From the IMG/VR virus record IMGVR_UViG_3300036852_000353, positions 80,435 through 111,555 of that record: a stretch of 31,121 nucleotides of DNA; one strand, 5' to 3'. This stretch comes from a virus. The notes beneath the pieces were generated by a model. It saw nothing but the letters and a program-made list of their open reading frames with translations. It was not told the DNA's origin and ran no database searches. Below, piece after piece: positions 7,758 through 15,882 of the stretch. A program made the translations under genes and the position numbers. Positions within the stretch are counted from its first letter, which is position 1. The number at the start of each line of letters is the position of its first letter.

Positions 7758-8012
7758 TCACGTGGAACATTCAGGAGCTGGATCCTGATTGTTCCAGTAG
7801 TCGTTGTCCTGGCGGGCAGCTTCCCGCGGGGTGAGGCCGTCCCCCTCGGCGATGCGCTTGCGCTGGACGTAGACGAGGCGTTCGGCCCGGATGTCCTCAT
7901 AGAGGCGCCCCTCCCACCACACGCACATGCTGCATCCGGTGCAGTAGTCGTGATCGTAGGGATCTTCCCAGTCGCCGTACTTCAGGCCATAGGGGTCAAA
8001 GGTTGTGGTCAT
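7758..8012 (-). CDS. Hypothetical protein
   Basis: AAGGAGG RBS; CTGCSMC; stop within parS. Confidence 0.75.
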   Translation of the reverse strand: MTTTFDPYGLKYGDWEDPYDHDYCTGCSMCVWWEGRLYEDIRAERLVYVQRKRIAEGDGLTPREAARQDNDYWNNQDPAPECST

Positions 8013-8051
8013 AGCCCCTCCTTGCAGCGGGCTTCCTTGTCGGTGGTGTGG

Positions 8052-8429
8052 TTACAGCGGGCACTTCTCGCAGTGCATGGGCTTGCCGTCGGACTTGCGG
8101 ACCAGCTGGCCGTCGCGGATCTCGTAGGGGTCGATGATGTCGGCCGCGATTTCGAGTACGTGAATGGTCTGGGGAACAATGCTGGAGTCTTCGAACGCGC
8201 TCTCCGCCGTCTTCACGTGGTGCGCCTCCTCGCGGAGCTTCTCCGCCTCACGGTGCGCACGGTCGTCCTCGACCCAGTTGAGCAGGCCGTGGAGGTAGTC
8301 GTCGTCCTCGCTGCCGCCCTCGACCGCCTGGTAGCCGTTGTGGTCCTTGGGGTGGTGGGCGATCTCCTGCCTGGCCGTGCGCGCCGTCTTGTTGACGAAG
8401 TTGTAGACCAGGTCACGGGCTACGCTCAT
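8052..8429 (-). CDS. Hypothetical protein
   Basis: GGAGGAG RBS; ATGA overlap. Confidence 0.8.
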   Translation of the reverse strand: MSVARDLVYNFVNKTARTARQEIAHHPKDHNGYQAVEGGSEDDDYLHGLLNWVEDDRAHREAEKLREEAHHVKTAESAFEDSSIVPQTIHVLEIAADIIDPYEIRDGQLVRKSDGKPMHCEKCPL

Positions 8430-8734
8430 GTCTCCTCCTTCTCGTATCCCTCGCCACGGAGGTCGGCCTTCGCGATGATCTCGCTGGCCACGTCGACCGC
8501 GGCCAGGAGCGTGCGGTCGCAGAACTCCCCGAAGAAATAGGAGTGGCCGACGCTGTATAGGTGCCAGCCGGTCTGTGAGCCGGGCTCCTTACGGGAGCGG
8601 GCCCGCTTCTCCAGTTCGTAGACCATGCCGAACACCTCGGTCTGCCGGTTGCCGTTGGGCAGGCAGATCCAGCCGAAGCCGTTGTCGGCCTCGATGTAGC
8701 GGACGTTGTCGGCCTGTCGGTAGCGGGCCATCAC
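8426..8734 (-). CDS. Hypothetical protein
   Basis: AGGAG RBS; coupled to neighbours. Confidence 0.8.
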   Translation of the reverse strand: MMARYRQADNVRYIEADNGFGWICLPNGNRQTEVFGMVYELEKRARSRKEPGSQTGWHLYSVGHSYFFGEFCDRTLLAAVDVASEIIAKADLRGEGYEKEET

Positions 8735-9057
8735 TTCTCCTGCGGCAGACGGACGACGACGTCATAGAACGTGATCTCACGGTCGTCGTCCTCATGGACT
8801 TCAGTGCTGGTCCCTACTGAATCCACCTCGACCCACACGCCAGCTAGGCAGATCTCCTGGCCTTCCCCGAAAGCCATGGGTTGACGGCTCTCGGTCCAGC
8901 CCAGCGACGTGCGCGTCGGCTGACCGTTCGTATCGAAGATCGGGTAGGAGTACTCAGCGAGGTGCGTGTAAGGGTCCGGCGATTCATTCATGAACCTGGA
9001 GTCAGAGATCTTCCTGATGGGATCAGGAAGCTGATCTCGGAAATAGTCCGGCAGCAT
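8731..9057 (-). CDS. Hypothetical protein
   Basis: GGAGG RBS; start uncertain (9057, 9060 or 9072). Confidence 0.7.
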   Translation of the reverse strand: MLPDYFRDQLPDPIRKISDSRFMNESPDPYTHLAEYSYPIFDTNGQPTRTSLGWTESRQPMAFGEGQEICLAGVWVEVDSVGTSTEVHEDDDREITFYDVVVRLPQEK

Positions 9058-9088
9058 CACGCCTCCGTACACCGGCGGTAGCGGGCCA

Positions 9089-9547
9089 TCAGACGCTGTC
9101 CACGATGCGCTGCCAGTCCTCGATCAGCCGGTCCGGCGGCGCTTGCTTTAGGGCGTAGGTCTCGGTGAAACGCTCCAGCAGCTCACGCGACGCGTGCCCA
9201 CGACGGGCATGGATGCCGTGGTTGGGTGCACCACAGGTGCATGCTTCGGGGTTGGTGTGCCGGTAGAAGATGTGGGTGGTGAGATGATGATCCCTGCCGA
9301 CGGATTCGATCTCCACCACGTCGTCCGGGTTCCCGCGCCGGTACCAGAGGTGCCCGGCCTTCGGCTCCACCGGAGCGGAGAGCGCCGTCAGGCGGCCCTC
9401 GATCTTGCCCTGCGACAGGATGGCGTCGAGCATGCCACGCACCACTGACAAGCCGTCGACGTCGTCTACCGTGTCTTCAGTGATCAAGCTCAAGACGTTG
9501 TCGTACAGCTTCTCGGTCCTGAGGTGGCGCTGGATCTGGCCGGTCAT
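9089..9547 (-). CDS. Hypothetical protein
   Basis: AAGGAGG RBS; ATGA overlap. Confidence 0.8.
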   Translation of the reverse strand: MTGQIQRHLRTEKLYDNVLSLITEDTVDDVDGLSVVRGMLDAILSQGKIEGRLTALSAPVEPKAGHLWYRRGNPDDVVEIESVGRDHHLTTHIFYRHTNPEACTCGAPNHGIHARRGHASRELLERFTETYALKQAPPDRLIEDWQRIVDSV

Positions 9548-9774
9548 GATTCCTCCTTGGTCTCGGCCCAGGCGGTGAACGCCTGACCGATCTGATCGGC
9601 CTTGTCAGGGCTGAGCACCAGCTCCTTGATGCCGGGGTCCACGGTGATGGCGTGCCGCGAGAACCAGAAGACGGTTCCCGAATGATCGGGGGTGACTTCC
9701 ACCTCGACACTTTCGCCCTGCCGGATCAGCTCGACGATCTCCTCGGTGGTGAGGCGTCCGTTCTTGTCGGGCAT
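9544..9774 (-). CDS. Hypothetical protein
   Basis: TGATG coupling. Confidence 0.75.
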   Translation of the reverse strand: MPDKNGRLTTEEIVELIRQGESVEVEVTPDHSGTVFWFSRHAITVDPGIKELVLSPDKADQIGQAFTAWAETKEES

Positions 9775-10100
9775 CAGAGCTTCACCATCCGGCGGTCCGC
9801 CGCCATGCGTTCACGGGCGGCGGTCTCGCTGTCGAAGTCGTACGTCCACTTGCGAGCGCCGAGCCAGGTCTCCACGGCGTACCGGAACTCGCCGGAGCGG
9901 GGGTCGCGGTAGTAGGTCAGATCGACCTCACATTCGGGGCCCTGGGACCAGTGCTTCTGATACTCCGATGCCACGAAGGTGATCAGACGTCCCTGGGCGA
10001 TGGCTTCGATGATCTCCTGCGCCTCCTCGTCGGTGACGTCGGGCTCCTCGTAGTTGCCGTAGGTGGCGCTCTGGATGATGCGCTTGTCCGGCAGGGTCAC
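9774..10100 (-). CDS. Hypothetical protein
   Basis: AAGGAGG RBS before GTG 10100 (GTGA overlap). Confidence 0.75.
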   Translation of the reverse strand: MTLPDKRIIQSATYGNYEEPDVTDEEAQEIIEAIAQGRLITFVASEYQKHWSQGPECEVDLTYYRDPRSGEFRYAVETWLGARKWTYDFDSETAARERMAADRRMVKL

Positions 10101-10396
10101 TGCCGTTCCTCCTTCTTCGGCTTGATGATGTCGTCGAGTTCGTGCAGGTTGAGGGGCTCGTAGCCGAGTTCCTTCTCCAGCTCGGCGGTCTTCTGGCGGC
10201 TGGCCTCCAGCTGCCGCTGCCGTTTGGTCTCCGGGTCCACTGTGAACACGGACCAGAAGATCCAGGGCACCATCACGCCCACACCTGTGGCGTAGGCGAT
10301 GGTCAACAGCGGGTTGTTGTGCAGGTGCGGGGTGAAAAGGGAGGACCAGGCGGCTGGCATCACGAGCCAGATTCCCTTGAGGCGGGGGATCTTCAT
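10097..10396 (-). CDS. Small membrane protein
   Basis: Two hydrophobic segments then charged tail; coupled to PadR gene. Confidence 0.75.
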   Translation of the reverse strand: MKIPRLKGIWLVMPAAWSSLFTPHLHNNPLLTIAYATGVGVMVPWIFWSVFTVDPETKRQRQLEASRQKTAELEKELGYEPLNLHELDDIIKPKKEERQ

Positions 10397-10719
10397 GAGG
10401 CCCTCCGCCTCTTGATGTCGGCGCGGTCCTTGACCGTTTCCTGCCGGGCGACGGCCCAGCCCTCGGAAGTGAGGGCGTAGTAGCGCCGGGGCGGCCCGCC
10501 CCGGCTGCGGGGCCTGTAGCTGGGCTGGCCACGGCGTCCCTCCCGTCGCGAGATCAGCCAGCCTGCTTCTTCCAGGCGGTTGAGGATGGGGTATGCGGTG
10601 CCGGGGGCCAGGCCGGTGGCATGGATGACCTGGCGGCCGTACAGCTCGGTGTCCGGGTCGTCGTGGTCCTTGAGGAACGCGGCCAGGACCATGCGGGTTT
10701 GCAGGGTCAGGTTAGGCAT
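10393..10719 (-). CDS. PadR-family winged-helix transcriptional regulator
   Basis: ELYGRQV..GLAPGTAYPILNRLEEAGWL..RRYYALTSEG signature. Confidence 0.9.
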   Translation of the reverse strand: MPNLTLQTRMVLAAFLKDHDDPDTELYGRQVIHATGLAPGTAYPILNRLEEAGWLISRREGRRGQPSYRPRSRGGPPRRYYALTSEGWAVARQETVKDRADIKRRRAS

Positions 10720-10725
10720 GTGGGG

Positions 10726-10731
10726 AGACTA
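10726..10731 (-). promoter_or_regulatory. -10 element TAGTCT giving a leaderless PadR transcript
   Basis: TAGTCT 6 nt before ATG, no RBS. Confidence 0.55.
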
Positions 10732-10761
10732 CTCTATCTATCGAGTTTGGGTGGAAGGGGA

Positions 10762-10784
10762 GGCGGCCGGTTGCCCCGGCCGCC
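10762..10784 (-). terminator. GC-rich hairpin
   Basis: GGCGGCCGG-N5-CCGGCCGCC just after stop at 10797. Confidence 0.5.
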
Positions 10785-10796
10785 CCTGTGTGCAGG

Positions 10797-11099
10797 TCAG
10801 TTGTCGATGCTGCCGTTCATGTGGCCGTCGTCGTAGTAGTCCAGCATGTCACGGTCCTCCTGCGGCAGGCTGTCGATCGCGCTGCTCAGGACGAGCGCGG
10901 TGTAGTCGTCGTCCTTCACGTCCTTGCAGGCGGCAGGCTTGCCCTTCTCGTCGTTGTACAGCTGCGCGGTGATCGCCTTCTGGCAGGCCTTCAGGGTGTC
11001 CTCGTACGACGGCTTGCCCAGCCAGACCATGACGCCGGTGATACCACCGGCGAGCGTGACGGCGACGGCCAGGGCGAGCACAGCGGTGCGGCGATGCAT
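10797..11099 (-). CDS. Secreted or membrane-anchored protein
   Basis: Basic N-terminus + hydrophobic stretch; two Cys. Confidence 0.8.
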   Translation of the reverse strand: MHRRTAVLALAVAVTLAGGITGVMVWLGKPSYEDTLKACQKAITAQLYNDEKGKPAACKDVKDDDYTALVLSSAIDSLPQEDRDMLDYYDDGHMNGSIDN

Positions 11100-11109
11100 G
11101 ACGTCTCCC

Positions 11110-11682
11110 CTAGTCCCAGCCGCCGAGCAGGCCCGGACTCAGCTGCGCGTCACAGATGTTGTAGCCGCCGGAGGCGTGGCCCTTCTTCGTCTTGCCGTCG
11201 ACGGTCACCGAGCAGTTGATGTCGCCGGAGCCCTGGAGCTGGGCGTTCAGGGTGTAGTACAAGGCGTCCTTGTCCAGCGGCAGGGTGGCCGTGAAGGTGC
11301 CGTTCTTGAAGGATCCCTTGCGGCTGTCGGAGTCCGAGCCGTAGCTGATGTCGAGGGAGCCGAGGGCGCCTGCGGGGGCGTTGCCCCAGACCTTGAAGGT
11401 GACGACGTCCGGCTTCTTCACCGGCGCCGGGGTGTGCTTCTTCGTCGGCTTGGTGGCGGTGTGCTTCGGCAGCGGGGTGTCCTTCGTGGCGGCCGGGGCG
11501 GCGCTGCTGGCGTTCTTCGGGCCGTCGTCATCGGAGGAGGTGATCGCGGCCACGAAGCCGCCGAACACAATGAGGGCCACGACGCTGCCGCAGCCGATGG
11601 CGGCGATCTTGCCCGCCGTATTCTTCTTCGGGGGCCGCGGCGGCTGTGGCGCCCACTGCTGGTAGTTGGGGTCGTAGGACAT
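11110..11682 (-). CDS. Membrane-anchored protein with MmpS-like C-terminal domain
   Basis: Pro-rich N-terminus, one TM helix, linker, then NAQLQGSGDINCSVTVDG..C. Confidence 0.75.
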   Translation of the reverse strand: MSYDPNYQQWAPQPPRPPKKNTAGKIAAIGCGSVVALIVFGGFVAAITSSDDDGPKNASSAAPAATKDTPLPKHTATKPTKKHTPAPVKKPDVVTFKVWGNAPAGALGSLDISYGSDSDSRKGSFKNGTFTATLPLDKDALYYTLNAQLQGSGDINCSVTVDGKTKKGHASGGYNICDAQLSPGLLGGWD

Positions 11683-11728
11683 GGTGCCTTCCTTGTCGGT
11701 GAGGGTGGTGTGCAGACTATCGGTTCGG

Positions 11729-12181
11729 TCAGCGACGGTTGCGCCGCTTCGACCACTTCTTGTGACGGGGCAGGTGGCGCATGTTCAGCCCCTTGGTCTC
11801 CTGCTCGGCGGCCTCGGCAGCGGCAAGGACGGCAGCCTTGATGGCCTTGTACTCAGCCTTGCGGGGCTTGGCCTCGCGGACGACCTGGATGACCTGGTCG
11901 AGGGTGTAGTGGTAGACGCGCAGCCCCTTGCGGCGCCGGACACTGCGCTCGACGGGCGCCCCGGTGATGGCGTCCCGCAGCTTGACGATCTGGTGCCGCT
12001 TCTCCCTGGACGTCATCTTGGTGCGGTGGACCTTGGCCGGGCGCAGCTTCAGACGCTTGCGGGCGGTGTCGCAGGAACCATCGACGAAGTCGCGGGCGAG
12101 GGGCGCGTCCACGCCGGAGAGGCGCATGACGTGGGTGACGAACGAGCGGGGCCGGTCGGTGGTGTGGCTGGCGGCAGCCAT
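11729..12181 (-). CDS. Highly basic hypothetical protein (possible nucleic-acid binding)
   Basis: GAAGGG RBS before ATG 12181; Arg/Lys-rich. Confidence 0.75.
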   Translation of the reverse strand: MAAASHTTDRPRSFVTHVMRLSGVDAPLARDFVDGSCDTARKRLKLRPAKVHRTKMTSREKRHQIVKLRDAITGAPVERSVRRRKGLRVYHYTLDQVIQVVREAKPRKAEYKAIKAAVLAAAEAAEQETKGLNMRHLPRHKKWSKRRNRR

Positions 12182-12264
12182 GATGGTACCCTTCTGATGT
12201 TTGGTGTTGATCACCGCGCGCCTTGGCGGGCGGTGCCATCTACGTCGGTGGATGGAATGTGCAG

Positions 12265-12298
12265 CGAAGCCCCCGGGACGCCGATCCCGGGGGCTTCG
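12265..12298 (-). terminator. 14-bp stem-loop, probable terminator
   Basis: CGAAGCCCCCGGGA-N6-TCCCGGGGGCTTCG, intergenic. Confidence 0.7.
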
Positions 12299-12332
12299 TG
12301 TTGTGTGTCCGGTTGTGGTGTACCGCTGGGCG

Positions 12333-12584
12333 TCAGGTCTTCTCCTGTGCCTGCCGGTGCGCAGGCAGGGCCAGGGCGATGTCCACCACCTCCTCCAGGG
12401 TGCTGCGCAGCACCCACGGATCGTTCGGGCTGTTGTAGGGGCGCACCCCCCAGCGCTGGTAGTACCCGTTGCTCATGAATCTGCGGACGGTGGCGGTGTA
12501 GACGTCGCTGCCCGTGGGCCTGACGTGGTAGACGTACGTGCCGTCCTTGTGGAGGGTGCAGTTGTCCCGTTTCAGTCGGGTCAT
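12333..12584 (-). CDS. Hypothetical protein
   Basis: AAGGAAG RBS before ATG 12584. Confidence 0.75.
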   Translation of the reverse strand: MTRLKRDNCTLHKDGTYVYHVRPTGSDVYTATVRRFMSNGYYQRWGVRPYNSPNDPWVLRSTLEEVVDIALALPAHRQAQEKT

Positions 12585-12606
12585 GATGGCTTCCTTGACA
12601 GTCTGC

Positions 12607-13134
12607 TCAGACAGACGCGGAGGCGCGGCGCTGTTCGATGGCCTCACGCCAAAGCTGCGTCAGGATGCCGTAGTTCTGGGGAGACCATTCGTGATCGTCC
12701 AGGCGGAATCCGTACGCGGTGTAGGCGTCCACGTCGAGGCCGAGCAGTTGCATGCCGTGCTTCCAGGCCCAGCCGTCCGCTTCCTTGCCGCTGTCATGGG
12801 CATACAGCTGCGCCGAGACACAATGGCTTCCCGAGCCGATGTCGAGCGTGCCGGGGTCCACCTCGGTGTGCCAGGAGGGGCGTGTCCTGTTCAGGTACGC
12901 GATGCCCCCGGGGACACGCATCTCAAAGCCGGTGGTGGCAGTGGTCATGGTCATTCCTTTCAGCTCGCCGTCGTCATGCACGGACGGCTCCTTCTCATCC
13001 GGATCCAGCAGCCGGGGCGCCGAGACCAGCATGCCCAGGAACACCACGGCAGCGATCAAGTCCGCGTACCACAGCATGCCCTGAGCGATCAGTTCAGGCG
13101 TCGGCTTGACGGTGTAGGTGTACATACTGGACAT
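12607..13134 (-). CDS. Hypothetical protein with N-terminal TM segment; possible internal start at 12948
   Basis: Single frame; internal AAAGGA RBS before MTT at 12948. Confidence 0.6.
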   Translation of the reverse strand: MSSMYTYTVKPTPELIAQGMLWYADLIAAVVFLGMLVSAPRLLDPDEKEPSVHDDGELKGMTMTTATTGFEMRVPGGIAYLNRTRPSWHTEVDPGTLDIGSGSHCVSAQLYAHDSGKEADGWAWKHGMQLLGLDVDAYTAYGFRLDDHEWSPQNYGILTQLWREAIEQRRASASV

Positions 13135-13139
13135 GGCAG

Positions 13140-13619
13140 TCAGGTGCGGCCGGGCTTGGTGAAGACCCACACGTCGTCACCGTCGTTCACGTCGTCAACC
13201 CAGATCTCAGAGTCACCCATGACGGCGCTCTTGATCCTGCTGCGGCCGTGGTCGTTCAGCCAGTTCCAGCGCACCTGACCGCAGCGCTCTTCGAGGTACT
13301 CGTTCATCGGCCAGGCGAGGTCGGCGTAGCGGGCCGTGAAATGACAGCCCATCTCCTTGACCTGGCCGGGAGTGAGGAACATGCCGCCGTAGTGCTTGCG
13401 AGCGGCCTTCAGTGTGGCCAGGACACCGTCCTCGGTGTCCACACCCTTCCACTCCAAGCTGTAGACGAACTTGAGGGCCACGGCAGCAAGCAGGACGTCA
13501 GGGTTCTTCCCGTCCATCACGGCGTCAACGTCTTCGTCCCTCCACGGCGTGCCGTACAGCTCGGAGTAGAGGACGGACCAGACGGCGGGGATGCTGAAGC
13601 GGGTGTCGTCGGCATTCAT
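13140..13619 (-). CDS. Acidic hypothetical protein, paralog of 18340-18783 (possibly ArdA-like)
   Basis: CGACAAGGAAG motif upstream; shares F..YADL....YLEE....W..D and V[WY]VF..PG. Confidence 0.75.
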   Translation of the reverse strand: MNADDTRFSIPAVWSVLYSELYGTPWRDEDVDAVMDGKNPDVLLAAVALKFVYSLEWKGVDTEDGVLATLKAARKHYGGMFLTPGQVKEMGCHFTARYADLAWPMNEYLEERCGQVRWNWLNDHGRSRIKSAVMGDSEIWVDDVNDGDDVWVFTKPGRT

Positions 13620-13642
13620 GGTGCCTTCCTTGTCGGGGTCAG

Positions 13643-13658
13643 TGTTTCACGTGGAACA
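13643..13658. repeat. parS: parS site
   Basis: Exact TGTTTCACGTGGAACA, intergenic. Confidence 0.9.
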
Positions 13659-13669
13659 TCCACGCGGGG

Positions 13670-13795
13670 TTACTTCTTGGGTGCGGGCGGCGGGGTTGGT
13701 ACGCCGGGGCAGGTGTAGATCTTGCCGTCCCCCGACGGCCAGTCATGGCCGGGGTGCGGGCTGGAGTTGGGACACCGGCCGGGTCCAGCAGACAT
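13670..13795 (-). CDS. Small Cys/His/Pro peptide (41 aa)
   Basis: GAGAGGAA RBS; MSAGPGRCPNSSPHPGHDW..YTCPG. Confidence 0.6.
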   Translation of the reverse strand: MSAGPGRCPNSSPHPGHDWPSGDGKIYTCPGVPTPPPAPKK

Positions 13796-13806
13796 GTGTG
13801 TTCCTC

Positions 13807-14157
13807 TCAGAACGGCGGGCAGCCGTCGGGGTAGGTGTGTTTGCAGGTGCCGTCGCAGTCCGGGTGATGGCCCGGGACGACGGCGATTTGGCGGGGGACC
13901 GGTGCAGCCGGAGCGTGCCACTTCGGATCACCCAGCAGCGAGCACGCAAAGCCGCCGATGACGGCGTCCGTGCTCTTGTCGAAGGTGTCGACCCAGCCGT
14001 AGCCGTCGCATTCAGGGCAGCGTTCCGGCTCGTGGAAGACACCGTCCGGGTTGGCGCCACAGGACACCTCGTTGGCGGCCAATGACACGGGCGGGTCGTC
14101 CTTGGTCAGCTCGTCGGAGCAGTGGATACAGCGTCGAGGAGTCACAGGCTCATTCAT
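13807..14157 (-). CDS. Cys-rich, putative Zn-binding protein
   Basis: CIHC, CPECDGYG and HPDCDGTCKH motifs. Confidence 0.7.
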   Translation of the reverse strand: MNEPVTPRRCIHCSDELTKDDPPVSLAANEVSCGANPDGVFHEPERCPECDGYGWVDTFDKSTDAVIGGFACSLLGDPKWHAPAAPVPRQIAVVPGHHPDCDGTCKHTYPDGCPPF

Positions 14158-14497
14158 CGGAACGGCCAGCGAGGATGTGGTCGGCCAGCGCGAGGGCGGC
14201 AGCACGCGAGCTCGCACCATCGAACGCGCGATTCCACTTGCACTCGTCACGCAGCAGCTGGGACAGCAGCGGCAGGGATGCGGGGCCGAGGGCGAGGAAC
14301 ACCTCGGCGGCGCCGCCCCAGAAGAACTGGGCAACCGTCTGAGTCGGCGACTGGGTCTGTGTGCAGACCAGCCCCACCCGGAAGTCACGGTCGTGGATCA
14401 GGTCGGTGGGGATGTGCTTGCTGCCCGCGTGCAGGTGGTCGAGGTAGTCGGCCGCCTCGATCAGGCGGGCGCTGTCTTGCGTAGCGTCGGTCGTCAT
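14150..14497 (-). CDS. Hypothetical protein
   Basis: CGACAAGGAAG motif upstream. Confidence 0.75.
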   Translation of the reverse strand: MTTDATQDSARLIEAADYLDHLHAGSKHIPTDLIHDRDFRVGLVCTQTQSPTQTVAQFFWGGAAEVFLALGPASLPLLSQLLRDECKWNRAFDGASSRAAALALADHILAGRSDE

Positions 14498-14515
14498 CAC
14501 GCTTCCTTGTCGGTG

Positions 14516-14531
14516 TGTTTCACGTGGAACA
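14516..14531. repeat. parS: parS site
   Basis: Exact 16-mer, intergenic. Confidence 0.9.
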
Positions 14532-14538
14532 TCGTCGG

Positions 14539-14868
14539 TCAGTCGAGGTAGTCGTGGGCCCGCAGATCGGGGTGGACGGCAATGGCGTTGACCACGGCGA
14601 CCACGTCCCCGCCGCGGCGGTGGCGGCCAAGGGCGGTTGTCACCTGGTCGGCCGTCAGGCCACGCTCCAGCAGTGCACCGTAGAGCGTTGCCCGGAGGTC
14701 AGCCTGAACAGCGTCCAGACCCATCACACCCGCCTGGTGCACGGCGCCGATCATGTAGATCAAGTGCAGGCGCTCCTTCTCTTCGAGTTTGGAGTCCTCC
14801 GGGTGGGGACCGGCGGCACGGCGCAGACGGTCGAGGATGTGGCCGGGAGCGGCGGAAACGATCATCAT
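14539..14868 (-). CDS. Hypothetical protein
   Basis: AAGGAGG RBS; ATGA overlap. Confidence 0.75.
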   Translation of the reverse strand: MMIVSAAPGHILDRLRRAAGPHPEDSKLEEKERLHLIYMIGAVHQAGVMGLDAVQADLRATLYGALLERGLTADQVTTALGRHRRGGDVVAVVNAIAVHPDLRAHDYLD

Positions 14869-15056
14869 CCCTCCTTTTTGTGATTGAGGTAGCCGATCAC
14901 GGTGGAAGCAAGTACACCCACGGCCAGGAGGACGGCGACCAGGAGGATGATCAGGACCCAGGCGCCGATCCCGAGGCCGATCCCGCAGCCCTGCGGGTCG
15001 GCCTTGCGCATGTCGGGCGGGCACCAGAAGTCGTGGTACCAGCCGGGGATGATCAT
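14865..15056 (-). CDS. Small membrane protein
   Basis: Long hydrophobic segment; GGAGG RBS. Confidence 0.75.
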   Translation of the reverse strand: MIIPGWYHDFWCPPDMRKADPQGCGIGLGIGAWVLIILLVAVLLAVGVLASTVIGYLNHKKEG

Positions 15057-15247
15057 GCGTCGGCCTCCAGCATCTCGACGAAGCCGTCCCAGGCCAGGCA
15101 GTCGCCCTGATGGAAGTGGGCGTTGACGTAGGCGACGGCGACGAAGTCCGTGATCTCACCGACCGGGATGTGCAGGTGGTTGGCGGTGTAGTGGTAGGCC
15201 GCCTCCAGCTGCTGGCGGGTGCAGTTGCGCAGGATGTTGATGATCAC
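15053..15247 (-). CDS. Hypothetical protein
   Basis: GGAG RBS; GTGA overlap with upstream stop. Confidence 0.7.
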   Translation of the reverse strand: MIINILRNCTRQQLEAAYHYTANHLHIPVGEITDFVAVAYVNAHFHQGDCLAWDGFVEMLEADA

Positions 15248-15546
15248 GATGTGTACTCCGTACTGTCGGGCGCCCACCCATTACCGTGCTCGCGGTTCAT
15301 TCCCTTGATCCGATTCGCCTGCTGTGTGATCCGCTCGGCGTAGGCCAGCGCCGCATCCGGGGTTAGGAGCAGCTCCAGCTCCCGGCCGTCCGGTGCGATG
15401 GTCGGCAGACGCACAAGGCGCGCCCACGGCCCATTGAGGGTCGAGGCGTTGGGCTCAAGCGTCTCGGGGTTGTAGCACGCCCAGTTGACGGCGCTCCATA
15501 TGCCGCCGGGCAGGGTGGTGCGCCAGGGTGTCTTCTGTCTGGCCAT
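15244..15546 (-). CDS. Hypothetical protein
   Basis: AAGGAG RBS; TGATG coupling. Confidence 0.75.
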   Translation of the reverse strand: MARQKTPWRTTLPGGIWSAVNWACYNPETLEPNASTLNGPWARLVRLPTIAPDGRELELLLTPDAALAYAERITQQANRIKGMNREHGNGWAPDSTEYTS

Positions 15547-15881
15547 CAGCTCTCCTTCGGTACCTCGATGTCGGGCAGCACGGCGAGGACCAGGCGGCGT
15601 GCCCAGGCGTCGGCCTCCTGAACTTCCTCCCAGTGCACCTCATCGCCCCAGGTCCATACGGCGTTCGTGCCGTAGTGCTCGTATTGCTCCTTGACGATGT
15701 CGATGATCTCGTCGAGGGACAGGTGATCCGGCAGTGGCTCGTCCTCGTCGGTTCTGTTGCGCCAGTACTGCGAGCACAGGCCGGTGACCAGAGCGCTGAG
15801 TTCGAACTCCCACTTGGTGCGGGGCTCGATCCAGCGGCACGGAATGGTGCCGTCGAACTTGGTGCCCCGGTGGATCTTCAC
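15546..15881 (-). CDS. Hypothetical protein
   Basis: GGAGG RBS before GTG 15881. Confidence 0.75.
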   Translation of the reverse strand: MKIHRGTKFDGTIPCRWIEPRTKWEFELSALVTGLCSQYWRNRTDEDEPLPDHLSLDEIIDIVKEQYEHYGTNAVWTWGDEVHWEEVQEADAWARRLVLAVLPDIEVPKES

Positions 15882-15882
15882 G

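Larger units (their letters stand above)
2574..7769. repeat. parS: Dense array of 16 co-oriented parS sites, one per gene junction, surrounding parA
   Basis: TGTTTCACGTGGAACA (reverse TGTTCCACGTGAAACA, matching the Spo0J/ParB consensus TGTTNCACGTGAAACA) starting at 2574, 3006, 3428, 3924, 4232, 4420, 5276, 5647, 5958, 6180, 6520, 6746, 7020, 7171, 7418, 7754; the 14-bp core GTTTCACGTGGAAC is invariant. Confidence 0.93.

Noticed and set aside
2574-7769. Repeat array as CRISPR
   Set aside because: Repeats are only 16 bp, spacing is irregular (about 150-860 bp), the intervals are whole genes, and no cas genes are present.
2574-7769. Repeats as integron attC sites or intrinsic terminators
   Set aside because: No attC R/L box structure or integrase; the 16-mer has no loop or U-tract and matches the ParB parS consensus.
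8212-8220. TTCACGTGG as an additional parS
   Set aside because: Only the 9-bp core matches, the arms do not, and it lies mid-gene.
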